Source of the DNA: a bacterium
GTDB lineage: Bacteria > UBA8248
Reading direction: 5' to 3'
Length of the DNA stretch: 64,000 nt
Assembly (NCBI GenBank): GCA_965213625.1
Contig: CBDBZU010000004.1
Location: forward strand, 416,001-480,000
Shown: positions 30,054 to 40,229 of the stretch, piece by piece
How the letters are laid out: every line of letters starts with the position of its first letter
Numbering within the stretch: position 1 is the stretch's first letter
The notes under the pieces: generated by a model
Databases searched by the model: none
What the model was told of the DNA's origin: nothing
Seen by the model: the letters and a program-made list of their open reading frames with translations, nothing else
Translations under genes and position numbers: made by a program

Positions 30054-30344
30054 CTATAGCTCTTGCGCCAAATTCCGCGCTCTTAGGATATCCCGAGCCT
30101 GAGTACTTTTATCTCCCCCGGCCAGCAGCAACACCAAGGATTGCCCTTGCTGTTCGAAGTAAACACGATAGCCGGGCCCGTAGTCTATCCGAAGTTCCGA
30201 GACGCCATGCCCGACAGCCCGCACGTCACCAGGGTTACCCAAAGACAACCGTCTGATGCGGGTATTGATGCGCGCCTTTGCCCGCTTATCCCGAAGCCTC
30301 TCGAACCATCGGGCGTATTGATCAGTTTGACGAACCTCGATCAT
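30054..30344 (-). CDS. Addiction-module toxin (HI1419-like, RelE/ParE superfamily)
   Basis: GNPGD, GVSELRIDYGPGYRVY, LLAGGDKSTQ. Confidence 0.92.
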   Translation of the reverse strand: MIEVRQTDQYARWFERLRDKRAKARINTRIRRLSLGNPGDVRAVGHGVSELRIDYGPGYRVYFEQQGQSLVLLLAGGDKSTQARDILRARNLAQEL

Positions 30345-30352
30345 CACTTAAT

Positions 30353-30370
30353 TGTATCCTGAAAGATACA
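30353..30370. promoter_or_regulatory. Putative autoregulatory operator of the toxin-antitoxin pair
   Basis: Inverted repeat TGTATC-N6-GATACA directly upstream of the toxin start. Confidence 0.6.
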
Positions 30371-30463
30371 TCAAGGCAAGCGGCAAAATGCAATTAACGT
30401 CGTTACCTAAATGACATCCACCCAAGCCTACTAGCGAAGCGATAGGGATACAATCGAGTGTCC

Positions 30464-31537
30464 CTACCCTCTGATTTTCTCGATGACGCTCAGCGTCTGT
30501 GCGCCGGGGGTGGGAATCCACATGGATTTCTGTCCCTCGCCGCCGCCTACGATGAGGATGAGGGCGTCCGCGTGGGTGAGGATGGGCACGGAGGCTTCAG
30601 GGTCCGTCCTGTCGACCCAGACGGGAAAGGTGGGGCCTTTCGATTTTCCGCGCACGCCCACGTGCTTCCAGGGCTTTCGCGCCTTCTCGAAGAGATAGCG
30701 CTTCACGTCCGCCTTGCTCCAGCCCACCCGCGCGATGTAGGCGGCGTGCTCGGGCGCCATGACGAGCACGGGTTCCCCCTGGGAGGAGAGATTGTTCCCA
30801 CCCAGCGTCGCCATCGAGTCCGCGTAGCCGAAGAGCAGCGCGAGTGGGTCGGTGTTGTAGTTGTCCGTGATGCAGTGGGGCGCCTCGCCGCAGGTGAGCG
30901 TCACCGTGCTCTCATCCGGCTCAAAGCCGCGCTCCACGTGATACGGCTCCCAGGGGTTCGCGTCTTCGTTCTCGGCGATGCAGTAGGTGTATTTGCCCGG
31001 ATGCGCGTGCTGGGCGCGGTCCACCTCGCCGGGGACGGCTCCCCCTAAGTTGATGAGGCAAAGCCTGAGCGCGCGGCCAATCGTCGCGTTCGCCCGCCAG
31101 CCGGGGCCGAAAAGGCCGGAGCCCGAGTTGAGCTTAAGGCGCTTGGCAATGGGGCCGTTCACGATGATGAGCGCGGTGGCGGGGTGCGTGGTCGTCTGGC
31201 GGTGGCTGAGCCCGTAGCGTGGCCTGGTGACGGCGGAGACGGCCGCGACGACGACGGGCAGGTACTCAGGCGCGCAGCCGGCCATCACGGCGTTCACCGC
31301 AATCGCGCGGACCGTCGCCACCCCCATGAGGGGAGGAATCTCGGCGATTTCCTCATCCGCCTCCCCCGGCCAGCCGGTAAGCAGACCCTCCACGCGCTCG
31401 CGCGTGGGCGGGACGATGGGCAGCCCGTCCGTCCAGCCGCGCTCGTAGAAATAGGCGTTCACCTCATCGAGGGAGCCCGTGAGCGGCAAAATCCGCCTAC
31501 CCGCCTCGAGAGAGGGGTTTTCGACGTTCACGGCCAA
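30464..31537 (-). CDS. Uncharacterised protein, typical neighbour of UGSC-family (seleno)proteins
   Basis: GWTDGLPIVPPT, AVNAVMAGC, RANATIGRA, CIAENE motifs; directly downstream of the UGSC-like gene. Confidence 0.8.
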   Translation of the reverse strand: MAVNVENPSLEAGRRILPLTGSLDEVNAYFYERGWTDGLPIVPPTRERVEGLLTGWPGEADEEIAEIPPLMGVATVRAIAVNAVMAGCAPEYLPVVVAAVSAVTRPRYGLSHRQTTTHPATALIIVNGPIAKRLKLNSGSGLFGPGWRANATIGRALRLCLINLGGAVPGEVDRAQHAHPGKYTYCIAENEDANPWEPYHVERGFEPDESTVTLTCGEAPHCITDNYNTDPLALLFGYADSMATLGGNNLSSQGEPVLVMAPEHAAYIARVGWSKADVKRYLFEKARKPWKHVGVRGKSKGPTFPVWVDRTDPEASVPILTHADALILIVGGGEGQKSMWIPTPGAQTLSVIEKIRG

Positions 31538-31549
31538 ATTCCGCCTCCC

Positions 31550-32155
31550 CTATTTCGGACTAAGATTCCGGGGGCCTCTGAATTTCTTCTCCGCATATTC
31601 GGCCCGAAGTTTTTCCGGGTCGCCGGTGAGCGCGCGGACGACTTCAGACACGACGGCGTCCGCCTTGGGATGAAGCGCTTCTCTCTCGGGAGCGGCGAGT
31701 GGATGTTCCATCTCGACGATGGGCAGTCCGCCGTAGCCCTGTCTCCTCGCTATTGCGCGCCCGCTGTGGCTGAAGCCCCGGCTCACGATAACGCAGGCGG
31801 GGCTTCCCATCCGCTCAATCTGAACCGCGTCGCGGACACTCCACGACGTGGAGGAACCTCAGTGCCCCACGCCGACGAGAACGGCGTCGCAGCGCGCGTG
31901 CAGCTCCTCGATAATTTCAGGGGATGCCGCCTGGGCCAGGTGATGCTTCCTGCGCTGGACGACTTCCTTGACGCCGAATGAGGCTCGAAGCCTCTCAAGC
32001 ACCCTGTCCAGTACCCAGTCGGAGAATTCCTTGTTGTTCTCCAAAATCCCGAGAACCGCGCCTTCCAGCGTCTCCGGTCTGGGCTTTAAGGCCTCATCCG
32101 GTATTCTAGGGATACCGGCGGGGGAGATGATATCGGTGAATATCTCATCATTCAT
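31550..32155 (-). CDS. UGSC-family putative selenoprotein (in-frame TGA at 31859-31861 read as Sec; motif GVGH-U-GSSTSWS)
   Basis: ORFs 31859-32155 and 31550-31810 are in one frame, joined by TGA GGT TCC TCC ACG TCG TGG AGT...; hairpins follow the TGA. Confidence 0.8.
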
Positions 32156-32177
32156 CGGATTCTCCCGGACCGGCCCT

Positions 32178-32984
32178 TTAACTGCCCGTGAAGACGGGCT
32201 TTCTCTTCTCCATGAACGCCGTGCGGCCTTCTTTGTAGTCCGCGCTGTCGAAGCATTCTTTCGAGATCTTGGCGATCATCTCGAAATCGCGGTCCGCCCC
32301 GTCTTTCACCACCTCGCCGATGGTGAGCTTGGACGCCTTGACCGAGAGCGGCGCGTTGCTCGCGATAGTGGAGGCCATGTCCACCACGTAGTTTTCCAAC
32401 TGGTCCACCGGCACGACCTCGTTCAACAGCCCGATTTCGAGGGCTTTCGCCGCCGGGATACGCCGGGCGGTGAAGAGTATCTCCTTCGCCTTCGCTGGCC
32501 CCACCAAATCGACGAGCTGTTTCAGGTTGTCGAAGCCATAGGCGATGCCCAGACGCCCGGCGGGAATGCCGAACTGCGAATCGTCCGACGCGATGCGGAT
32601 GTCTGCGTTCAGCGCGATTCCAAGGCCGCCGCCCAGGCAATAGCCCTGGATCATGGCGATCAGGGGCTTTTTCATCCCCACCATGATCTCTTTGGCTTCC
32701 TCGGAAATCCGCGTGTACTCGGCGGCCTGCTCGGCGTTGCTCCTGTTTTTCGCGAACTGCGAGATGTCCGCGCCCGAGACGAACGCCTTATCGCCCGCGC
32801 CCTTCATCACCACCACGCGGATGGCGTCGTCCGCCTCGTAAGAGCCCAGTATCTCGGCGATGGCCCCCCACATCTCGAGCGAGAGCGCGTTTCTCCGCTC
32901 GGGGTTGTTGAAGATCATCCAGCCGATGCCGCCGTCCACCTCGAAAGCCATCTTCTCCGTCGATAACTGCATTCCATGCTCCAT
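32178..32984 (-). CDS. Enoyl-CoA hydratase/crotonase-family protein
   Basis: AFVSGADI, KPLIAMIQGYCLGGG, EGRTAFMEKRKP. Confidence 0.92.
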   Translation of the reverse strand: MEHGMQLSTEKMAFEVDGGIGWMIFNNPERRNALSLEMWGAIAEILGSYEADDAIRVVVMKGAGDKAFVSGADISQFAKNRSNAEQAAEYTRISEEAKEIMVGMKKPLIAMIQGYCLGGGLGIALNADIRIASDDSQFGIPAGRLGIAYGFDNLKQLVDLVGPAKAKEILFTARRIPAAKALEIGLLNEVVPVDQLENYVVDMASTIASNAPLSVKASKLTIGEVVKDGADRDFEMIAKISKECFDSADYKEGRTAFMEKRKPVFTGS

Positions 32985-33016
32985 ACGCTGCGCCCCCAGA
33001 GGGGGCAGGATAGTTT

Positions 33017-34204
33017 TCAGACGATGCCCGCATCGCGTAATTGACTTATCACGTCCGCATCGTAGCCCATTTGATTCAAAATCTCTTCCGTATGCTCGCC
33101 CACCTCAGGCGTCGAGTTGCGCATTTTCTGCGGCGTTCGCGTGAGCTTCACCGCCTGGCCCACAATCTTGATGGGCCCTTTTTCGGGATGTTCGACCTCG
33201 GGCGACATGTTCAGCCCCTTGACCTGGGGGTCGGCGAACGTCTTGTCCACCGTGTAGATAGGCCCGCAGGGGATTCCCGCCTCGTTCAGTATCTCAATCC
33301 ACTCCGCGCCCGGCTTCGTCCGCGTCCGGCGCGCGATGCTCTCGTGCAGGGTCTCTTTGTTCTCGAATCGCTTGGGTACGCTCCCATAGTCCGGATTCTC
33401 GAGGAGTTCGGGCATTTCGAGAGCATGCACGAGGCGCTTCCAGAGATGCTGGGGGCCGGACTGGATGATGATCTGCCCGTCCGCGGTCTCGAAAACGCCC
33501 GCCGGCAAAAAGGTGGGGTGGTTGTTCCCCTGCTGGGTGGGCACGTCATCGAAACGCAGATACCGGGCGGCCTGGAAGTCCATCATCTGAATCTGGGCCT
33601 CGAGCAGAGAGGTGTGCACCCATTGCCCCTCGCCCGAAATTTCGCGCTCGAGCAGGGCGATGAGAAGCCCCTGCGCGAGCATGAAGCCAGCCGAGAGGTC
33701 GGCGAGCGGAATGCCCACCCGCATGGGGCCGTCTCCCGGCTTGCCGGTGACGGACATGAGGCCGCTCAACCCCTGGGCCGTCATGTCCAGCCCCGGCCGC
33801 TTCCGGTAAGGCCCCTCCTGCCCGAAACCGGAGATGCTCCCGTAGACGATGCGCGGGTTCACCGCGCGACACGCCTCGTAATCCACACCCAGGCGGTGCT
33901 TCACGTCGGGCCGGTAGTTCTCGATGACGACGTCGGCGTCCTTCACCATTTGAAAGAATATCTCGCGGCCCTGCTCCTCGCGCAGGTTGAGCGTCATGCC
34001 TCTTTTGTTGCGGTGTAAGTTCTGCGCCTCATAGCCGTGCCGGGGCTGGGCCATGTTGTCCGAAAAACCGCTCGCGGGAGGCGCTTCTATCTTGATGACG
34101 TCCGCCCCCCAGTCCGCGAACTGCCGGACCGCCGTGGGGCCTGCGCGCGCGCGGGTGAGATCCAGGACCTTGAAGCGGGAAAGAGGTAGAGAATGATTCT
34201 GCAC
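33017..34204 (-). CDS. Class III CoA-transferase (CaiB/BaiF family)
   Basis: VLDLTRARAGP, GADVIKIE, RNKRG, ADVVIENYRP, ISGFGQEGP. Confidence 0.93.
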   Translation of the reverse strand: MQNHSLPLSRFKVLDLTRARAGPTAVRQFADWGADVIKIEAPPASGFSDNMAQPRHGYEAQNLHRNKRGMTLNLREEQGREIFFQMVKDADVVIENYRPDVKHRLGVDYEACRAVNPRIVYGSISGFGQEGPYRKRPGLDMTAQGLSGLMSVTGKPGDGPMRVGIPLADLSAGFMLAQGLLIALLEREISGEGQWVHTSLLEAQIQMMDFQAARYLRFDDVPTQQGNNHPTFLPAGVFETADGQIIIQSGPQHLWKRLVHALEMPELLENPDYGSVPKRFENKETLHESIARRTRTKPGAEWIEILNEAGIPCGPIYTVDKTFADPQVKGLNMSPEVEHPEKGPIKIVGQAVKLTRTPQKMRNSTPEVGEHTEEILNQMGYDADVISQLRDAGIV

Positions 34205-34374
34205 GAACGCGCTCCTGTGTAAAAATTGCAGCGATTCAAGAATGAGGGAGATTCATCGGCCCATAAGGTAGCAGAATCTATCGGGTTTGCGCAGTGCGGG
34301 AGGGGTGAATTTTACGATTACAGAGCACGGTTCCTCGCTCGTCGCGAAAGGGGCGTCACGGAAGATGTTTTTTC

Positions 34375-34451
<77 letters not shown>

Positions 34452-34539
34452 ATGAGGCCGCAAGACTACCACAACCCAATCTCGCACTGGAACCTGGGGG
34501 ACCATCAGAAATGAAGCCGGGCCGAGAGGCCCGAGTGGG

Positions 34540-36789
34540 TCAGGCGGGCGCCGGCTGCGGCGTTTGCCCTTTACGCCTGGTGTGCTGATACCAGTACAAG
34601 GCGGCGAAAATCGCCACCGCGATGAGCTGCACGACGGGGCGCGGCCCGCTCGTGAAATCCGTGATGAGCGAGGGCCTGAACGCTGCGATGCACACTACCA
34701 TCAACACTGCCCGCTCGCCCCAATTGCAATTATCGGCGAAATAGCCCTGAAGCGCCGACGCGAAGGCGAACATCGCCACAAGGGAGACGAAGCACACCCA
34801 GGCGATTTTCATCACGTCGTTGATCCAGATGATCTCGCCCTTGGGGCCGACGCCCTGCATCATCAGGAGTTCCAGGTTAAAGATGAAGACGAACGGCAGT
34901 ACGGCGGTCCGCAAATCGTAGACGAAGCCCTGTACACCCGTCTGGATGGGGTCGGACTTGGCTATCGCAGAGGCGGCGAACGCAGCGAGACCCACGGGCG
35001 GCGTGTCGTCGGCCAGGATGCCGAAGTAAAAGACGAACAGATGGGCCGCGAGCAACGGCACCACGAGGCCCGCCTTCCCGCCCAGGCTCACGATGACGGG
35101 CGCGGTGAGCGTCGCCATGACGATGTAGTTCGCCGTCGTGGGCAGGCCCATCCCCAGGATGAGCGAGCACAACGCGGTGAGCAGGAGCATGAGCACCACG
35201 TTGCCGAGAGAGATGATTTCAATCAATTCAATGAAGCGGCCGCTCAGCCCCGTGAGCGTCACGGTGCCGACGATGATGCCCGCCGCAGCCGTCGCCACGC
35301 CGATGCCCATCATGTTCTTGGCCCCGGCCATCATCCCCTGCCACACATCGCCGAAGCTCTGGCCGAAGCCGGAGAGCACCCCGTGCCAGAGGCGATCCTC
35401 CAACTCCTTGAAATGCGCCTCGCCGAACAACTCCCGCAGGTGGGCGACGCCCTTCTCTCGTTTCATATCGCCAAGGACGGCGATGGTGTTTTGCATGGGA
35501 CGCTGGACGACGATGATAGCCATGGTCAGGAGAATCGCGTTGAAGGCCGACGCCACGGCCGACATGCGCAGGATGACGAGCGTGTAGATCAGCGCCAGTA
35601 TGGGAACGACGTAGTGGATGCCGCTGATGAGCGTGTTCCAGAACGAGGGCAGCTCATCCTCTCTCAGCGGCCTCAGGTTGAGCTTGAGCGCTTCCAGATG
35701 AACGACGTAGAACAGAGCGATATAAGACAGCAGGGCCGGCAATATCGCGGCGCGCACCACGTCGAGATAGGCCAGACCCAGAAATTCCGCCATGATGAAA
35801 GCGGCGGCGCCCATCACCGGCGGCATGAGCTGTCCGTTCGTGCTCGCGCCCACCTCCACGGCGCCCGCCTTGTAGGCGGGAAGACCCACTTTTTTCATCA
35901 GCGGAATCGTGAAGGTCCCCGTCGTCGCCACGTTCGCGATGGAAGAACCCGAGACAAGGCCCGTCATGCCCGAGGCGACCACCGCCGCCTTGGCGGGTCC
36001 GCCCCGGAAACGGCCCAGCGCCGCGAAGGCCACCTGCACGAAATAGTTCGCAGCCCCCGCCTTGTCGAGCAGGGAGCCGAACAGCACGAAGAGGAACACG
36101 AAACTCGTCGACACCCCGATGGGTACGCCCCAGATGCCGCTGTCGCTCAGGTACATGTGGTCCACGACGAATTCGAGCGGAACGCCCGGATGCGCGATAA
36201 ACGAGGGCATGTACGGTCCCGCGAAGCAATAGAGCAAAAACAAGATGGCGAGAATCGGCAGCGCGGGCCCGAGCGCTCGGCGCGCGGCCTCCAGAAGCAG
36301 AAGGACGAGAATCGCCCCCACAAAGACGTCGCGCTGGATGGGAAGCCCCGAGCGCTGGATGATGTTCGCGTAGTCCCAGGCCATGTAGAGCGCGCCCATT
36401 CCTGCGAGGACCGCGAGCGTGTAGTCGTACCAAGGGATGACCTCCCGCGTGGGACGCTGGGGCCGCAAGAAGCCGGGGAAAAGCTGGAGCGATACGCGCT
36501 GCACCCAGCCCTCGCCTGGTTTTTTCGTCCCCGGGAAGGCGAGATAGACCATCGTGATGGCGAAGGTGAGATGGATGCTTCTGGCGATGATGGAGTTAAG
36601 TGGTGTGTAGGCGATGTAGAGTTGAAAACAGGACCAGGATATAGCCAGAACCGATACGAGCCAAGCCGTGAGGTTCTTGGGCTGCCTTCCGCCTGATTCC
36701 GCTTCGGCGGCGATTTCCTCCGCCGCCTTCTTCGATTCCTCGTCTATCCCTGCGCTTAAGGCGTCTGCGGAATCACCCGGCTCGCTCAT
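34540..36789 (-). CDS. TAXI-type TRAP transporter fused permease (4TM/12TM)
   Basis: RGGPAKAAV, GTFTIPLMK, GQLMPPVMGAAAF, GMGLPTTANY, ADDTPPV. Confidence 0.92.
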   Translation of the reverse strand: MSEPGDSADALSAGIDEESKKAAEEIAAEAESGGRQPKNLTAWLVSVLAISWSCFQLYIAYTPLNSIIARSIHLTFAITMVYLAFPGTKKPGEGWVQRVSLQLFPGFLRPQRPTREVIPWYDYTLAVLAGMGALYMAWDYANIIQRSGLPIQRDVFVGAILVLLLLEAARRALGPALPILAILFLLYCFAGPYMPSFIAHPGVPLEFVVDHMYLSDSGIWGVPIGVSTSFVFLFVLFGSLLDKAGAANYFVQVAFAALGRFRGGPAKAAVVASGMTGLVSGSSIANVATTGTFTIPLMKKVGLPAYKAGAVEVGASTNGQLMPPVMGAAAFIMAEFLGLAYLDVVRAAILPALLSYIALFYVVHLEALKLNLRPLREDELPSFWNTLISGIHYVVPILALIYTLVILRMSAVASAFNAILLTMAIIVVQRPMQNTIAVLGDMKREKGVAHLRELFGEAHFKELEDRLWHGVLSGFGQSFGDVWQGMMAGAKNMMGIGVATAAAGIIVGTVTLTGLSGRFIELIEIISLGNVVLMLLLTALCSLILGMGLPTTANYIVMATLTAPVIVSLGGKAGLVVPLLAAHLFVFYFGILADDTPPVGLAAFAASAIAKSDPIQTGVQGFVYDLRTAVLPFVFIFNLELLMMQGVGPKGEIIWINDVMKIAWVCFVSLVAMFAFASALQGYFADNCNWGERAVLMVVCIAAFRPSLITDFTSGPRPVVQLIAVAIFAALYWYQHTRRKGQTPQPAPA

Positions 36790-36901
36790 TCATTCGCCCC
36801 TCAAACGATAACCCCATCTCGTGAAAGACTGGTCCTCGAATCACCACACGAAGCCGGAGGGCGCTCGGCCCCCCGGCCCATGCGGTGGAAGTTCGTCCGA
36901 A

Positions 36902-37882
36902 CTACTTCTTCATCTTCTTCATCAAGCCTGTTTCTTCGTAATAACGCACGGCGCCCGGATGGAAGGGAGCCGAGAGGCCGCCGAGCATTTCTTTCTTCGT
37001 CAGGTATTTGAACGCCGCGTGCGTTTTCTGGAAATCACCGAGGTTATCGAAGATGGTCTTCACGACGTTGTAGACCACGTCGTTCGGCTGGTTTTTACCG
37101 GTCACGAAGGTGGCCTTCACCGCGTAGGTCGGCACGTTCTTGTCGACGCCCTTGTAGATGCCGCCCGGAATGTTCGTCATCACGTAGTAGGGCTTGCCGG
37201 CCACAAGCTTCTGGATGCCCATGGAGTTCACGGGAATCATGCGGATCGCCGTGCTGTTGGAGATCTCGAGACCGCCGCCCCAGGGGTTGCCGACGGTGTA
37301 GAAGAACGCGTCGATCTTCTTGTCCACCAAGGCGCGGCTCGCCCCGCCCTGCTGCAGGCCTTCGGCCTTGATGTCCTTGTTCATGTCGATGCCGTAGATT
37401 TTCAGGATGTCCGTCGCGTTTCCGCGTTGGCCGGAGCCGGGGTTGCCGATGTTGACCCGGCGTCCCTTGAGATCCGACACCTTCATGATGCCCGAATCAG
37501 CGCGCGCGACGAGCATGATGGTTTCCGGGTGAACGCTGAAGACGCTGCGCAGGCCCTTGAAGGCTTTGCCCTTCCAGTCGGCCGAGCCGTTATACGCCTG
37601 CCAGTTCCTGTCGGACTGGGCGACGCCGAAGTTCAGCAGACCGCGTTTGATGGCGTTGATGTTGAACACCGAACCCAGCGCGGGACGGCCAATGCAGTTG
37701 TAGCCCTTGCCCTTCAGGTTCTTGTTCACCAGCTTGCAGACGTTGAGAGCGACCTGGTAGTACACGCCCGTGGTGGAGCCGCCGCCGACCACGAGGAATT
37801 TCGCGGCGCTCGCGGGAACCGCAACGCCCGCGATCGTAACCGCCGCTACGAAAGCGATGAGGAATTTCATTACTTTTTTCAT
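36902..37882 (-). CDS. TAXI-family TRAP substrate-binding protein
   Basis: GGSTTGVYY, GSVFN, AQSD, GNPGSG, APFHPGAVRYY. Confidence 0.92.
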   Translation of the reverse strand: MKKVMKFLIAFVAAVTIAGVAVPASAAKFLVVGGGSTTGVYYQVALNVCKLVNKNLKGKGYNCIGRPALGSVFNINAIKRGLLNFGVAQSDRNWQAYNGSADWKGKAFKGLRSVFSVHPETIMLVARADSGIMKVSDLKGRRVNIGNPGSGQRGNATDILKIYGIDMNKDIKAEGLQQGGASRALVDKKIDAFFYTVGNPWGGGLEISNSTAIRMIPVNSMGIQKLVAGKPYYVMTNIPGGIYKGVDKNVPTYAVKATFVTGKNQPNDVVYNVVKTIFDNLGDFQKTHAAFKYLTKKEMLGGLSAPFHPGAVRYYEETGLMKKMKK

Positions 37883-38188
37883 CGTGTATTCTCCTTGAGT
37901 TGGGTGAGGGGGACAATTGACCTGCCAAAAATTTCTGATGAGCGTTTCCTCTGTATATACGGCATCCACGCCTGTTCCTCGTGAACAGCGCATTCTACGG
38001 AAAACCTGTCTTTGTCGGCCTTTACCGACGCTTTATACTCGGGATGATCGCCTAATTGAAGGATAATGAGCGGAAAACCCGATGTCAACAAGAAACTATA
38101 CGCCGGGGAGCCATCTCCGTCGCTTTAGGGTATCCTCGTCGCCTGAAAAATTTCTCATCTTTTCTTTTCATGGTTCCGAGGTCGGACA

Positions 38189-39397
38189 ATGAGCCAGACA
38201 ACGTGGGATGTCATCGTCATCGGAGGCGGCATACTCGGCCTTTCCACGGCCATGGAGATCACCCGCCGCCATCCCCGCAAGCGCGTACTCGTCCTCGAGA
38301 AAGAGGCCGAAGTCGGCCGCCACCAGTCACTCCACAACAGCGGCGTGATCCACGCAGGACTCTACTACCGCCCCGGATCGCTCAAGGCGAAGACTTGTGT
38401 GGAAGGCGCGGCCGCCATGGTGCGCTTCGCGCAGGAGCACGGGGTCGACCACGAAATCTGCGGCAAGGTGGTCGTCGCCACTACCGAGGCGGAAATCCCC
38501 CGGCTCGACGAACTCCACCGCCGGGGCGCGGCGAACGGCATCGAGAACATCAAGGTTCTGGGACCCGAGGAACTCCGCGAGTTCGAGCCCCACACCCGTG
38601 GCGTCAAGGCCCTTCGGGTGCCCTCCACGGGCATCATCGACTATGGCGGCGTCGTTCGCACTTACGCCCGCATCGTCACCGAGGCGGGGCAGCGCATTCA
38701 GACCGAAGCGCAAGTCACGGGCATCGCCGTATCGGGAGGAGACAAGCGCGTCGAGACGACGGCGGGGGATTTCGCAGGGAAACTCATCGTCAACTGCGCG
38801 GGGCTTTACGCCGACAGGATAGCCAGGCTCGCCGGCGGAGCGCCGCCGATGAAGATCGTGCCCTTCCGCGGCGAGTATTACGAACTCACGCCAGAGCGAC
38901 GCTCGCTCGTGAAGAGCCTCATCTACCCGGTGCCCGACCCGGCGTTTCCCTTTCTGGGAGTTCACTTCACCCGCCGTGTGGACGGAAGCGTCGAGGCGGG
39001 GCCGAACGCCGTATTGGCCTACATGAGAGAGGGCTACACGAAAACGCGGGTCGACCCCTACGATCTCTTCGAGACCCTCACCTATCCCGGCTTCCTCAAG
39101 CTGGCCCTCAAATACTGGAAGACGGGACTGGGCGAGATGATCCGCTCGGTCAGCAAGTCCGCATTCACGCGGGCGCTGCAAAAGCTCATGCCCGAGATAC
39201 GGGAATCGGACCTGGTGCCCGCAGGCGCGGGCGTTCGCGCGCAGGCGGTGGACCGCGAAGGCGGCCTGTTGGATGATTTCTCCATCATCCGGACCGAGGG
39301 CGCCGTCCACGTGTGCAACGCTCCCTCGCCGGGGGCTACGGCGTCGCTGATGATAGGGCGCGCCATCGCCGACATGGCGGATGAGATGGCGGGCTGA
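38189..39397 (+). CDS. lhgO: L-2-hydroxyglutarate oxidase/dehydrogenase
   Basis: GGGILGLS, HNSGVIHAGLYY.PGSLKA, PFRGEYY, FPFLGVHFT, NAPSPGAT. Confidence 0.9.
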   Translation: MSQTTWDVIVIGGGILGLSTAMEITRRHPRKRVLVLEKEAEVGRHQSLHNSGVIHAGLYYRPGSLKAKTCVEGAAAMVRFAQEHGVDHEICGKVVVATTEAEIPRLDELHRRGAANGIENIKVLGPEELREFEPHTRGVKALRVPSTGIIDYGGVVRTYARIVTEAGQRIQTEAQVTGIAVSGGDKRVETTAGDFAGKLIVNCAGLYADRIARLAGGAPPMKIVPFRGEYYELTPERRSLVKSLIYPVPDPAFPFLGVHFTRRVDGSVEAGPNAVLAYMREGYTKTRVDPYDLFETLTYPGFLKLALKYWKTGLGEMIRSVSKSAFTRALQKLMPEIRESDLVPAGAGVRAQAVDREGGLLDDFSIIRTEGAVHVCNAPSPGATASLMIGRAIADMADEMAG

Positions 39398-39439
39398 GCG
39401 CAGCCGGGTACCAGCATTCTCCAGAGTTTTGGGTCTTGG

Positions 39440-39458
39440 GTAGGGACACTGTCCCTAC
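39440..39458. repeat. Collapsed family A REP palindrome between convergent genes
   Basis: GTAGGGACACTGTCCCTAC. Confidence 0.7.
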
Positions 39459-39542
39459 AGATCGGTTAGTCGGTTAGAAGAAGCTGGTGGTCCGCTGGAA
39501 TGTCGTCGGCCCAGACACACATTTCAGCGAAATAACTCCTCC

Positions 39543-40220
39543 TCACTCCCCGGGCCGGTACGCGCTCTCGGGAGGGTCAGGCCCCCGCCAGGGTCCAATG
39601 AGCTTCCCGCCCCGGTAGGCCGCCTCGCAGGGGCCGTCCGGCGTCAAGACCACGAGGGGTCTCTTTCTTCGGCTCATCATATGGCGGTAACGCCTGCTTT
39701 GCGCGATGTAGAGTTCGCGCTCGGAGGGCAGCAGTTCGAACAAGCGTTTGTAGAAGCGCAGGAATTCACCAACAAACTTCTTCGTCGCGATGCGGTGGCG
39801 ATCCACAAGGTAGCATTTCCCCTCCAGCACCCGGTTGTAGATCAGACCCAGGAGATTCTCCTCGCCATCGAAATAGGGTTCATAGGGAAACGTGCGGCAC
39901 GAGACGGAGCGGTTCTCCCGCTCGCAATGCGTGAAACCACGGCACTCGATGAAAACGCTCTGCTCCGCATCGACTTCTTCGACCATTGCAAGTTCAGAAG
40001 ACGTGCGCGGTCTGAACTCATGCCAGAGACGCGTACGCGATTCGAGATACTCCCATTCCTCATGGGAGGCGACGGGAACCACCCAGCCCGAATCGCAGCA
40101 AAAAGGCACTCCCTCGTTGTAGGGCGCGCACTTCTTCCCGCAGTCGAACCGCGCCGGCGGACTTGCAAAGTCCGCGTAGAGCGTCTCGAAATCTTCTGGC
40201 TGCAATTTCGCCGTCTTCAT
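39543..40220 (-). CDS. Hypothetical Cys-rich protein (possible Fe-S or Zn binding, YkgJ-like)
   Basis: CGKKC...FCC, CRGFTHC, RSVSCRTFP motifs. Confidence 0.7.
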   Translation of the reverse strand: MKTAKLQPEDFETLYADFASPPARFDCGKKCAPYNEGVPFCCDSGWVVPVASHEEWEYLESRTRLWHEFRPRTSSELAMVEEVDAEQSVFIECRGFTHCERENRSVSCRTFPYEPYFDGEENLLGLIYNRVLEGKCYLVDRHRIATKKFVGEFLRFYKRLFELLPSERELYIAQSRRYRHMMSRRKRPLVVLTPDGPCEAAYRGGKLIGPWRGPDPPESAYRPGE

Positions 40221-40229
40221 CTTTTCCCT

